Below, piece after piece: positions 40,986-52,100 of a DNA stretch of 64,000 nucleotides. A program made the position numbers and the translations under genes. Position 1 is the first letter of the stretch, and each line of letters starts with the position of its first letter. Source of the stretch: a virus; IMG/VR virus record IMGVR_UViG_3300032268_001383, positions 1-64,000 of that record, one strand, 5' to 3'. The notes beneath the pieces were generated by a model. It ran no database searches and had not been told where the DNA came from. It saw only the letters and a program-made list of their open reading frames with translations.

Positions 40986-41843
40986 TTATATTGTTTTCCA
41001 TAGTCCATTCCTAAAAAGAAAGGTAAGTGACATATTATTTATTTTCATCAAAATATCAGAATATCCATTAATTGATTGTGTGCCACCTGGATAAACCCTA
41101 ATACCCCTATTAAAATTAGAAATTCCACCTACTTCATCAGCAATAGTTATAATTTTTCCGTTATCAAGTGAAGCAGTACCAAGTGGTAGGTAAACTTCAC
41201 AAATACCTCCTGTATATATTACGCCATAGTATTCATATTCAAAATCTGTTGAAAAAGAAGCTGAATTAATTCCTGTCGTAGTATAAGGTATATTATTTAT
41301 CTGAGTAGGTTGAAACCAATTTGAACTTGTACCGTCACTTATCCAAACATATTCATAACCTGTTTCTGAATGAATCCATCTGGCTCCAATGTTAGAAGCA
41401 GTCGGAACAATCGACTGAAAATAAAACTCACCAAAACCTGTTGCACCTGCCGGACCCGTAGAGCCTGTCGGTCCTGTGGATCCTGTCGGTCCTGATGGAC
41501 CTGTTGGTCCTATTCCAAATATTGATGAAGTCCAAGAAGCCACACCATTAGAATCACTAACTAAATAAAAACCATCCTGTTGAGAACCATCTGTTAATTG
41601 TAAACCACCATTTATTACTAAAACACCGTTCTGAAAAGTTAAATCAGGTACCGTTGTTAATCCAGAAGTTGTGCCATCTGAAATAATCAATTTATTGAGT
41701 AGTGGATTATTTACGATTGCACCACCAGTAATATTGATTAAATTTCCATTACCATCATAAAATTTCCCATTAACATATTGAACCAATCTTGGATATAGCT
41801 CTGGTACAGACTGTTCAATTTTTAGGGGATTATATCTAGCCAC
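40986..41843 (-). CDS. collagen-containing fibre/structural protein
   Basis: GPTG repeats; GTG start; TAATATATA at 41867-41875. Confidence 0.7.
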   Translation of the reverse strand: MARYNPLKIEQSVPELYPRLVQYVNGKFYDGNGNLINITGGAIVNNPLLNKLIISDGTTSGLTTVPDLTFQNGVLVINGGLQLTDGSQQDGFYLVSDSNGVASWTSSIFGIGPTGPSGPTGSTGPTGSTGPAGATGFGEFYFQSIVPTASNIGARWIHSETGYEYVWISDGTSSNWFQPTQINNIPYTTTGINSASFSTDFEYEYYGVIYTGGICEVYLPLGTASLDNGKIITIADEVGGISNFNRGIRVYPGGTQSINGYSDILMKINNMSLTFLFRNGLWKTI

Positions 41844-41894
41844 CTTTAACTTTTAGTATTTATTTTTATATATTAAAAAAGACAATTTTAGAAT

Positions 41895-42392
41895 ATGAAA
41901 AAAAGGGAAATAAAAAAATTGGCAAAAAAGATATTTGGTCATGCAAAAGAATTTGAAAGAAAAAAATATAATTCGGAAGAGTGTTCTATAAAAGAAATTT
42001 CGGAATCAATAGAATACTGCCCATATGACGAAAAAATATCTGAAAAGTTTTTCAAATTTGTAACCAATCTTGTCAAAGTTAAAGATAAGTTGAGTATTGA
42101 CTATTATAGAGAAGGAATTAACATCTTCTGTGACTTAAACAGATATAAAAGTAATAAATACACAACTGAGTCTAATTTTGAAATTAGGATAGACAAAGAA
42201 GGATTCAGACTCAGAAGAGATTACGGTAGTTATCTTAGTTTTACTGATATTACTTTCTTAGAGAAAATAAAACCTGTTATTAAAGAAAAAAATGAATTAG
42301 TCTCAAGAGAAAAAATAGTCGAGACAGTTGATGACTTGACAATCGAGTTGGGACTGAGTCGAGAAAATAATTTAGATGAAATTTTAGCATAA
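41895..42392 (+). CDS. hypothetical protein with C-terminal RENNLDEIL motif
   Basis: 165-aa ORF leading the gp46 operon. Confidence 0.65.
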   Translation: MKKREIKKLAKKIFGHAKEFERKKYNSEECSIKEISESIEYCPYDEKISEKFFKFVTNLVKVKDKLSIDYYREGINIFCDLNRYKSNKYTTESNFEIRIDKEGFRLRRDYGSYLSFTDITFLEKIKPVIKEKNELVSREKIVETVDDLTIELGLSRENNLDEILA

Positions 42393-42394
42393 AT

Positions 42395-44110
42395 ATGTAT
42401 ATAAAAGAAATAAAAATTAAGAACTTCAAATCATTTGGAAATTCAGAACAAACATTAAAATTGAGTACCGAAAAGGGTGAATTGATACTACTATCGGGAA
42501 GTAACGGAAATGGAAAAAGCTCTTTAATGAATTCTGTGGATTTTTCACTTTATGGCAAATGTAAGGGTAATAAGAAAAAATGGGCAACACAATCAACTCT
42601 ACCAAATAGAATTAATGGTGGTGATCTTTCAGTTCATATCAAATTCGAATCCGGTGGAACTGAAGTGGAAGTTATCAGGGGAATCAGTCCGAACTTTTTG
42701 AAGCTTTATGAAAATGGTGTAGAAAATGATAGAGCAGGAAAGGCAAATATAGACGAAAAAATAGAAAACTATATTGGAATGGATTTAGAAACTTTTAAAT
42801 CCTTTATTTCACTAAGTATCAATGACTTCAAAAACTTTATTTCTCTATCCAATGAAGAAAAACAACTCTTATTAGATAAATTGTTTAATCTCGAAGTAAT
42901 TAATATCTTAAATCAAATTTTGAAAGATTTAAATAAAAATAATAAACTACAATTAACTAAATACGATTCCGAGATTTCTACTTTAGAGGAATCAATTCAA
43001 TCTATTAAAGCAAGTATTCAAAAGGCAGTCGAGAAAGAAAAGTTAAACATTCAACTTGAAATTGATGAGATTAAAGTGCAAATGACTTCTAAAAAGGAAG
43101 AATTTTTATCTTTGAAAGAAAAAGTAGAAAAGATAAAGCAAAAAGAATTGGAATTAAAGACTGAAAGTGATAGGGAAAGAGAACAATATATTACTCTTAA
43201 TTCTGAAATAAAGTCTGCTCAAAAAGATATAGATCTTTATGATTCTGGTAAATGCCCAACTTGTGCAACAGATTTCAATACAAATCATTTTATTTCACTA
43301 AAAGATACCCTAGTAGAAAAGAAGGGGGGTTTAGAATCAATTAGAGCTGAAATTGAATCTAATATGAAATTGATTAGAGAAAGGCAAACTAAACTTCAAA
43401 CTTTATCTGATTCAACTACAAAATCTTTTAATGATATAAATTACTTACTTAAAAACTATAAAGGTCAAATCGATAAATTAGAATCACAAAGAGAAAGAGA
43501 AAAAGGTGAATCAAATTCTAATGTAGTTGAGTTTGAAAATACTATAAATGAGTTAAATATTAGAAAAGAAAGGGGAATAGAGCATCAAACACTATGTAGA
43601 GAAAAAGAGTCCTATTATAAAGAGTTGTCTAAAATATTTGGTGAGGATGGTGTTAAAAGGAGTATTATTGCTGGAATCATTAAACCAATTAATCATTTCA
43701 TCAGTGGTAATATCTCTAAGATGAATTTACCTTTTCAGGTAGAATTGGACGAAACATTTACTGCACAAATAAAACAATTTGGGATGCCGATTGAGCAGGA
43801 TTCGCTTTCTACTGGTGAGACAAAATTAATAAATCTTTCTATATTGACTGCTTATTTGAAGTTAATTAGAACTAAAAAGAATATAAATATTCTTTTTTTG
43901 GATGAGGTATTTTCTTCTATTGACATTGAAAATATCGAAAAAATATTAAACTTATTGAAATCTTTTGCTAATGAATATAAGATAAATATATTTGTAGTAC
44001 ATCACGCTATGATGAATGAAGAATTATTCGATAGAATTTTAAGAATAGATAAGAATGTATTTACGGAAATTATTGAGGTTGAATTAGAGAAACAAATGGG
44101 TAATGTCTAA
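42395..44110 (+). CDS. gp46: T4 gp46/SbcC/Rad50-like recombination ATPase
   Basis: Walker A GSNGNGKS, zinc hook CPTC, signature LSTGE, Walker B FLDE, H-loop. Confidence 0.92.
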   Translation: MYIKEIKIKNFKSFGNSEQTLKLSTEKGELILLSGSNGNGKSSLMNSVDFSLYGKCKGNKKKWATQSTLPNRINGGDLSVHIKFESGGTEVEVIRGISPNFLKLYENGVENDRAGKANIDEKIENYIGMDLETFKSFISLSINDFKNFISLSNEEKQLLLDKLFNLEVINILNQILKDLNKNNKLQLTKYDSEISTLEESIQSIKASIQKAVEKEKLNIQLEIDEIKVQMTSKKEEFLSLKEKVEKIKQKELELKTESDREREQYITLNSEIKSAQKDIDLYDSGKCPTCATDFNTNHFISLKDTLVEKKGGLESIRAEIESNMKLIRERQTKLQTLSDSTTKSFNDINYLLKNYKGQIDKLESQREREKGESNSNVVEFENTINELNIRKERGIEHQTLCREKESYYKELSKIFGEDGVKRSIIAGIIKPINHFISGNISKMNLPFQVELDETFTAQIKQFGMPIEQDSLSTGETKLINLSILTAYLKLIRTKKNINILFLDEVFSSIDIENIEKILNLLKSFANEYKINIFVVHHAMMNEELFDRILRIDKNVFTEIIEVELEKQMGNV

Positions 44111-44366
44111 AAAAATAAAAAGGCTTGATACTATTGATGAAGTTTTAGATTTCATAAATGAAGTGTCGATTGAGGTAGTCCAAAATTGGGCTCAAATTTC
44201 AGTAATATTAATTCAACTTGCTAAACATAATAGGATAGACGAATGGATGGACTGTAGAAAAAAATTAAAAGAAATATATATCGAATATCCAGAATTATCT
44301 AAAATTAGAATTTTTTACGCAAAAGAAATTCTTAGAGAAATAAAATTAAAAAAAATATTAGTATGA
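44103..44366 (+). CDS. hypothetical protein with C-terminal REIKLKKIL motif
   Basis: 87-aa coupled ORF. Confidence 0.6.
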   Translation: MSKKIKRLDTIDEVLDFINEVSIEVVQNWAQISVILIQLAKHNRIDEWMDCRKKLKEIYIEYPELSKIRIFYAKEILREIKLKKILV

Positions 44367-44671
44367 AAAAGATAGTTTTACATTTCTCAGATGGTTATAA
44401 AATGGACGTTATAGAAAATTTAGAGCAAATTAATCTTGTTGAAAATTTTAATTCTTTTTATGATGATTTAATCGTGGAAAGTATAAATAATATAGAATAC
44501 AAATTTTCTGGATTTGAAAATGAGTATCAAATCTTCAACATTCAAACAAGAGAATTATATAATATCATAGATCAAAATGAAGTAGTGAAAGTTTCTATGC
44601 AACTTGATGAAAATGAATTTAATCAAATTTTAAAAATAATAAAAAGAAAAGAAAATGATTTCAACAATTAA
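44363..44671 (+). CDS. hypothetical protein
   Basis: 102-aa ORF, ATGA overlap. Confidence 0.6.
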   Translation: MKKIVLHFSDGYKMDVIENLEQINLVENFNSFYDDLIVESINNIEYKFSGFENEYQIFNIQTRELYNIIDQNEVVKVSMQLDENEFNQILKIIKRKENDFNN

Positions 44672-44939
44672 AAATATTATTTCAACGAGAAAATCTATTT
44701 TTAGATTTCTTTATTTTTTCATTCTAAGTTTTATATTTTTCCAAGTCATTGAGATGTCAATACATCACTTTTTTGGAATAGATTTACACAACCTAAAATT
44801 TGGTTGGATTGGACTTGTAATAGTCTATGGATTCAAATACCATATTTTTTGTTGTATCTTACCAGCAATTTGGGCTGGATATAAATGTCGTCACAAAAAT
44901 TGTAAACATGAGCACTGTAAAATCGACGAAAGCAAGTAG
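44655..44939 (+). CDS. small membrane protein with Cys/His-rich tail
   Basis: Two to three hydrophobic segments; 'HIFCC', 'CRHKNCKHEHC'. Confidence 0.6.
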   Translation: MISTIKNIISTRKSIFRFLYFFILSFIFFQVIEMSIHHFFGIDLHNLKFGWIGLVIVYGFKYHIFCCILPAIWAGYKCRHKNCKHEHCKIDESK

Positions 44940-45225
44940 AAGTGCGGCAATGGCTGCAGCTCCAGCATCGAGAAGTATAACTTCAACTTCAAATAATTCA
45001 AATATTTGGTATACAGGAACTACAGGTGCAGGTAACATATCATGGAATCCACCTAATTCGAACATAGATGACCTAATTGAATATATAGATTTACTATATA
45101 GTATAGTTGGTGTTGATATTAAATTCGATGGATTCTGTAAGATGTCAGAATCAGAGAGGAAAAGTTTCATCAGAGAAATAAAAATAGAAAAAATAATTAA
45201 CAAAGATGATAATAATAGAAGTTAA
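44908..45225 (+). CDS. hypothetical protein with REIKIEKII motif
   Basis: Likely ATG at 44908; overlaps bS21 start. Confidence 0.55.
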   Translation: MSTVKSTKASRSAAMAAAPASRSITSTSNNSNIWYTGTTGAGNISWNPPNSNIDDLIEYIDLLYSIVGVDIKFDGFCKMSESERKSFIREIKIEKIINKDDNNRS

Positions 45226-45403
45226 TGATTCCAAGGGTGGAATTGAAAAGGCTCTTAAAAATTACAAAAGAAAATTTAACAATCTTAAAGTTGGCAAAGA
45301 ATGTCGTCAAAGACAGGCATTTGAAAAACCTTCCGAAAAGAGAAGAGCTGAAATTTTGAAAGCTATTTATATTGAAGAAAAAAGAAACGAAGAAAGAGAT
45401 TAG
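45206..45403 (+). CDS. rpsU: ribosomal protein bS21
   Basis: 'IEKALKNYKRKF', 'RQAFEKPSEKRR', 'KAIY'. Confidence 0.9.
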   Translation: MIIIEVNDSKGGIEKALKNYKRKFNNLKVGKECRQRQAFEKPSEKRRAEILKAIYIEEKRNEERD

Positions 45404-45407
45404 TCAA

Positions 45408-46127
45408 ATGGATTTCAATAAAGATTATTATAGTATTTTGGGGGTATCTAAAGAGAGTGATGCAAACCAAATAAAAAAAATTTTTTATAAACTTTCTTTC
45501 ACTCACCACCCAGACAAAGGTGGTGATGCTGTAATATTCAATCAGATTACAGAGGCTTATAATATTCTAACATCCGAAGAAAGAGGTACATATGACAAGA
45601 GAAGTAAATGGGGTGCAAATTATGATGAATCACTCGAATTACTTGATTATGAATTCAATAATAGTGCAAAGGGTTGGAATGAATCAAAATTTGAAGAATG
45701 GAAAAAAGACAATCAACTCAATATTATTGTATATGTTGATGATAATTTTCGAGGTGATGTTGAATATGAAAGATGGGTTGCTTGTAAATCTTGTGGTGGT
45801 GAAGGCAGAGATACTAAATCAAAGATCCAGATTAGGGATGAATTTGGGAACCTATTAAAAGTATTTGATGGTGAAGATGGGTGTGATTTCTGTGAGGGAA
45901 GTGGAAAATCATGGAATGGTCAAGATTGTTACTTCTGTGGCGGCAAGGGAATGGTTGGACTAGTCGAATGTGGAACTTGTAAAGGGGAAAAAAGAGTTTT
46001 GGGTAAACAAAAACTCACCGGAATAAAATTTAGTACTGATGAAAGTAGCCACAAAGTAGAAGCGATGGGACATGCTTCTAAATGGGAAAGGGGAAGATTT
46101 GGTCATCTTTGGATAGTAAAAAAATGA
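45408..46127 (+). CDS. dnaJ: DnaJ-like co-chaperone (J domain + zinc finger)
   Basis: 'DYYSILGV', HHPDKGG, four CxxCxGxG-type repeats. Confidence 0.85.
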   Translation: MDFNKDYYSILGVSKESDANQIKKIFYKLSFTHHPDKGGDAVIFNQITEAYNILTSEERGTYDKRSKWGANYDESLELLDYEFNNSAKGWNESKFEEWKKDNQLNIIVYVDDNFRGDVEYERWVACKSCGGEGRDTKSKIQIRDEFGNLLKVFDGEDGCDFCEGSGKSWNGQDCYFCGGKGMVGLVECGTCKGEKRVLGKQKLTGIKFSTDESSHKVEAMGHASKWERGRFGHLWIVKK

Positions 46128-49100
46128 TTAGTTAGCAGATGTCACCACATTACTGTTTCCCGGTGGTATATTAATTGTTCCACTAACGCCACCTACTGAG
46201 ATAACCGTGTAACTGGTTTGATTATTTACCGTCTCTGAATCAATTGTAAGATTAACATTACCGATGAAGTCAAAGTTTGCATCTGAGTAGTCTATAAAAG
46301 GTGCCTGAGCTGACCAAGGTGTTTGAATTCTTGCATCAATAAGGAAATCTCTTCCATAAATTGTTTCAACCTTTTTATCTTGATAATAATTAAAAAATGG
46401 TACCATATCAACTTCATAAAAAGAGATATTATTAAAAAGTATATCAATTGAATTGTTAATCACCGGTTGCGGGAAGTTAACTGGCAATGGTGGTGTTCCG
46501 GTTTCTGTTAAACTCGAAAATACTTCTATATTCAAATCCAAATTTTTCTTATTAAAGAAGAATTGTCTTTGTGTTAGAGATGGATTTGCCAATTCACTAT
46601 AAAATAACTCATAATTGTTGAAATTTGGTACAAGATTAAAATTAGCGCCCCTACCATGAGTATAGACAGGTGTGGTCGGTGTAGACCAAGTGCCAGGTTT
46701 TATATCAAGTCTATGCAAATTAACCTCAGTTAAATAATATCTATTTCTAATAGTCTCAATATTATCATTATTTAAGACTACTCTTGCGAATCTAAAGTGA
46801 ATTTTAGTATTTGGTGTCCATATTTGTATTATAGCCGATCCAAAAGCCGTTGAGGTTTTAAGTCTGAGTCTATTTGCAGTTAGTGAGTCACCACTTGTAT
46901 TAGAATTTATATTGGAATCTATCTGTACTGGATTCAGTGTAGAAATATTGAGTAATTGTCCAACTGCAACAGAAGAAGTAATTGAGAATGTTGACGAAAA
47001 ATCATTTACGTACCAACCATTATTATTGAAATTTGTTAGATCGAGTCCATATCCAATATTGTTGCTGAATGGTTCTGTAAAATTACCCCCATTAGGTATG
47101 AAATTTTGATATATTTTGAATTTTGTACCTAATTTATAAGTGAAGTTTCTGTTGTTGTAATCCCTAAATATTGAAGAACTCTCTAAAATATCATCTGTAG
47201 TACCACCTTGTAATAATATAGGATCATCCCCAGAATAAATCCCGTCATATGATTGTAATATAGTATCTTCAGTCACAGAATATGTAAATATACTGGTGGC
47301 TATAGTAGGTGGATAATTATTCAATTTAAATAAGACGGATTCTTCATTTATAGTGGTTTTAGTTTTTTCAACATAATTTACATCTATCCAAGATTGCCAC
47401 TTGGGTAATCCGGATGTTGCGTCAACACTATTGTTGTCTATAAAAGTAAAATTCTGAACCAATCCAGTGTTATAACTACTGACTAGTGGAATCTGTGATT
47501 TTCTTGATATAAATCTACCACCATCGAATTTACCATCAATCCAATGCGTATTACCTATTGTTCCGATTCGTGGATAGCTTTTGAATAAGCCGTTATTCCA
47601 TACTCCTCTGAATGAACCATTTAAGAAAGCACCTGATAACCAAATGTTTTTAGTAAGGTATATAAGGTGATTCTCAGAGTCTCTTTCAACACGCATCACT
47701 GGAAAGTTTGTTACCAACTCAACAACTACTGTATTGAATGTCAAATCTATTTCGGATATTGTGAAATAATCTTTGATTAATTTTCTATTCTCATTAATAT
47801 CGATAGCAACTAAATTACCAATCGAAATTTTATCACCTACATTCAATCCTTGAAGTGTATCAATTGATTGAAGTGTTACTAACCAACTAATTGGACTTAT
47901 TTGATATGTGCCTTTTCCAGCATAAGGTGTTACACCATTCAATCCAACTACATTGGAAAATTTATAATAATCTTCTTCCCCTAACATTGAATTACTTCTA
48001 AAACCGTTATTCCAAATTCCATTTTCCCAGATACCAGATTTGAATATGCCGTTTCCAATGTTAATACTAACCAAATTACCGTCTTTTGAAGCAGCCAAAA
48101 CTGTTAAGTTTGGATCATTTGGTAGCACAACTCTATCATTAACAAAAATTATCGAGTTTGATATTATTGCGTTATTATAAAGTGGATGGTATTCAAATAC
48201 TCTTTCAACAATACTTAGATAAAGAACTCTAAGTTTCCCACCTCTTCCCTTTTTGATATAAAATCTGGTATCGTCTGGTGTTATAATTGGATTTCCTGTA
48301 GTATAAATAAAAGTTATATCATGTTGGAAAGGGAAATAGAATATATTATTACCCACCTGTTGTGAAATACTTGGGAGCGTTAATTTTATTTCATCCTTAT
48401 TGCCTATCTTTACAAATACATCTACCTTCTCTTTACCTTCAACAGTTAACTGCAAACTCAAAATATAAGTTTTATCAGGTTGTGAAAATACTTCTAAGTT
48501 AGGAGTCAATCCATTTATACAAGCAAAAAGTCTATTGCTTTCAGGTTCTTCCCTGTTTGGTTGTGGTGTAACGGTTTGTGTGTATACATGGCCGTTTGTA
48601 ATAATCTGACCACCACTCAATGAAAAAGTAGTACCGTGAACCCATCTTGCACTATTATATATCACGGGGTTAATAGAACCCGAGGTGTTTAAACCAAGTG
48701 GATTAGATATTGAGTTATTATTATTTAGTGTCTCTTCGTAGAAATATTGTTCGTTATTCCCAGAGTAAACACTGCTAGTCGAAAAGTTCAAACTATTTAT
48801 ATTCGGATCAGTTAAAATGACATAAGCTACTGAAGCTGAAAAGGCATTATTTACATATATTTTGTTATTGTTTCCTAAATTTATAGCAACATTCAAAATT
48901 ATATCTCTACTTCTACCAGGTTTCAATTCAAGTGGAGTGAGTGTTGTATCAATATCAGAATATCCAAATGGTGCACCATTCCAATTTCCGTTTCTCCACA
49001 AACCATCTAACCATATAATATTGTCTGCAAATCCGTAATTCCAAACTCCTTCTCTCCATAGTGCACCAGACATATAACCCCTATTGAATGTTCCAGACTT

Positions 49101-52100
49101 CCATTCTGAAATATAAAATGAGGCAGTACCAAGTGTGGAATCAAAGTTCCCACCATGCCATACACAAGATTGTGTAGTTGCAAAAGATGAGGAGTTTGTA
49201 CCACTGAAGCTTCTATCAACATAAGCATTGAAAATCGACGAATCGAATGTACCATTATAGAAATTACCACTTAGCCATACCGAATTTTCGAATATTGCGT
49301 TTTTGTGACTAAATGTACCTGACATCCAGAGCACATTCGAGAATTTTACTGAATTATCAATACTAACCTCTTCTACTTTTCTAACAGGTTCAGTTATTAC
49401 TCTTTCTTCTGTCTTAATATTTTTTGGATTATCTGAAACATCACCACTTATCCACAAACCAAAATAGTCATTTCTAAATGAATCGGCAAAATTGTATTCT
49501 CCCATATTGGAAACGTTGGAATTATAGATTGAACTTCCACTGCCACTTCCAAAAAATTCACCCTTTGTGAATAGACCACTATACCACATTCTACCTTGGA
49601 AATTACCACCCTTGAATTCACCAGTATACCAAACCGAATTCGTTAATGTTGAACCATTACCAAACTCTCCACCTAAAAATTTCCCATCTTCCCAACCATA
49701 ATGTATAGAATAGGTTGATGAGTTAGTAGGAGATGAATATGTCATACCATAATAAGAATGAAATTTCCCTTTGGTAAATTTACCATTTTTCCAACGAGCC
49801 AAACCAGTAAATTTACCATTATTAAAATCACCTGAATACCAAATAGATTCATTTGTTGTGTTAGATCCAAAACTCGTGAATTCACCGTTATTAAATTTCC
49901 CACCATACCAATAAACTGATGAGGAACCACCAATAATAGCGTTTTCAACAATTCCATCGTTCCAAATTGTTTGTGTTCCACTTATAGTCAGTGGACTGTA
50001 GTATGACATTTTTGTGTCTAAATATCTCAAATTTGAGCTACCTAGGATACCATTGTTCCAAATACCTGAATACCAATCCGAATTATAGAATCTACCATTA
50101 CTGAAAGTTCCATTGGCCCAAACTGAATTATAGAATTCACCACCGTCAAAATTTCCAAGTAACCAATTTCTATATAATTGTGTTGTATTATCATAATCTT
50201 GTCTAGTTGGGTTAACATCCTTACTGTTTATGAAACTTCCATTCAGGAATCTACCACTCTGCCAATATCCTGAATTGAATATTCCATTTTTGAAGGTAGC
50301 TCCATTCCAAATTGAATTCAAAATTATACCAGAATTCCAAATATCATTGACAAAGTGTGATTTGAAAATATATCCGGAATTTATCTGATTTAGTGTATTC
50401 TTGAAAATAATATTTATTAATCTGAGTCTTTCAACATTAATCGGATCGATATTTTTATCTAAATTATTAAAATTGGTGTTCTTTATAACGTTATTTTTCA
50501 AAGAAGTATTAACAAAAAGACCTGAATTAATTGTTGAATTTTCAATTCTAAACTTATGTATTGATGAATAATTATTATTATCAGCACCTGTAGTCCTAAA
50601 AATATCAAAGATTGAATTAGAGAAAGTCAGACCATCGATACTCGATAGTGTAATTTCTTTTATGTTCGATATTACATTAATAGAATTAACTCTGTATTTA
50701 CCATCTATTGACTTGATAGTTGTACCGATTATCTGTTCTATTGAATTTATCCAAACAATATCTCCAACAAATAAATCTTCACCTGGTATATTGATATCTC
50801 TATTCATTGGATTTAATGGAAGACTTACATTAATTGTATCTGGTGTGAATGATTCAATTGAGAGTATGTTTGATGGTGATAATCTGATTCTATGATGTCG
50901 ATAATTGATATTATTACCACTAATCCAGTTTGAGTTTACTAAATACCCATTCTTATAATCGAGATTACTCAAGGAAGATTTAGAAAATAGTAAATCAATT
51001 TGATTCGGTAGGATCGGACTAAGGCAATATTCTATACCAGTATTGTAAGGTGGTGTATTTACAAGTGTTATGGTGTTTTCCCAAAATGCTAGTGCAGAAG
51101 TATCAATATCAATTGAAGAGTAATCACTATTTTGAAGAGAAAAATTAGTCTGATATCCAGATAAAGTTTGCCTCACAATTGACTTAACCTTGTTGTCATT
51201 CTTGTTTTTAACACTAACAATTATTTTTCTTCTACTCAAATCACTATTTGAATAAATATCAAAAATAAACTTGTTTTCAATAGGAAGTTTTATTCTCTGA
51301 TCATTCGATAAACTAGTTAAAAATAAATTTTTATTTAATTTTGTTAGATAAAAAGCATCCCCACTTTGGATTTTCTGAGAGTCTGCATCTGAAATGTATA
51401 ATTTTAGTATACCTCTAACAGATAAGGTAGTCAAATCAGTGTTATATGACCATAGATCAGCCCCTATCACATTAATACCTTCTTCGTCATTTACTTGGGA
51501 TTTTTCACCAACAGAATAAACTACTTGAGAATTAACTATATTTGAATTCACAATGTGTGAGTTGTTGACATAACTCGTGTTTAGAGTTGCTCTTTCAGTT
51601 TCTACTGCATCTATATCACATTTTTTAAATAATCCAGAAATTTTTAAATCATAACTAAAAGTTTGTCCTAAATAAACGTCTAAGGCTGAAACTGTCGATC
51701 CTATGCCTAAATTACAATTCTCGAAATTTCCATTTTTTATATCACCTCTTATAATACTTGAATCTTCTACTAAATTGAATCCAAATCCTCTATTATTTGA
51801 AAAGTCAATAGTTTGAATAGGTGAATTAGTGGACGTTTTATCTAATGTAGAAAAGAAGAATTTCTCACCTGCTGCAGATTTAGATTCCATGGTGCCAGAA
51901 TTCCAATTGGAGTTCATAAAAATACCCGAATTCCAAGTTGCGTTGTTCCAATTATTCTTTCTTTCAAAGCTACCAAAAACACCATCCTTATGATTTCCAC
52001 CAAAGTTACCATATCTAAAATTTAATCTTGAAATGAATGGTTTTTTATATCTAATATCTAAGTTCCAAATACCATCAAGATGTGTATAGGTATTTCTCTG

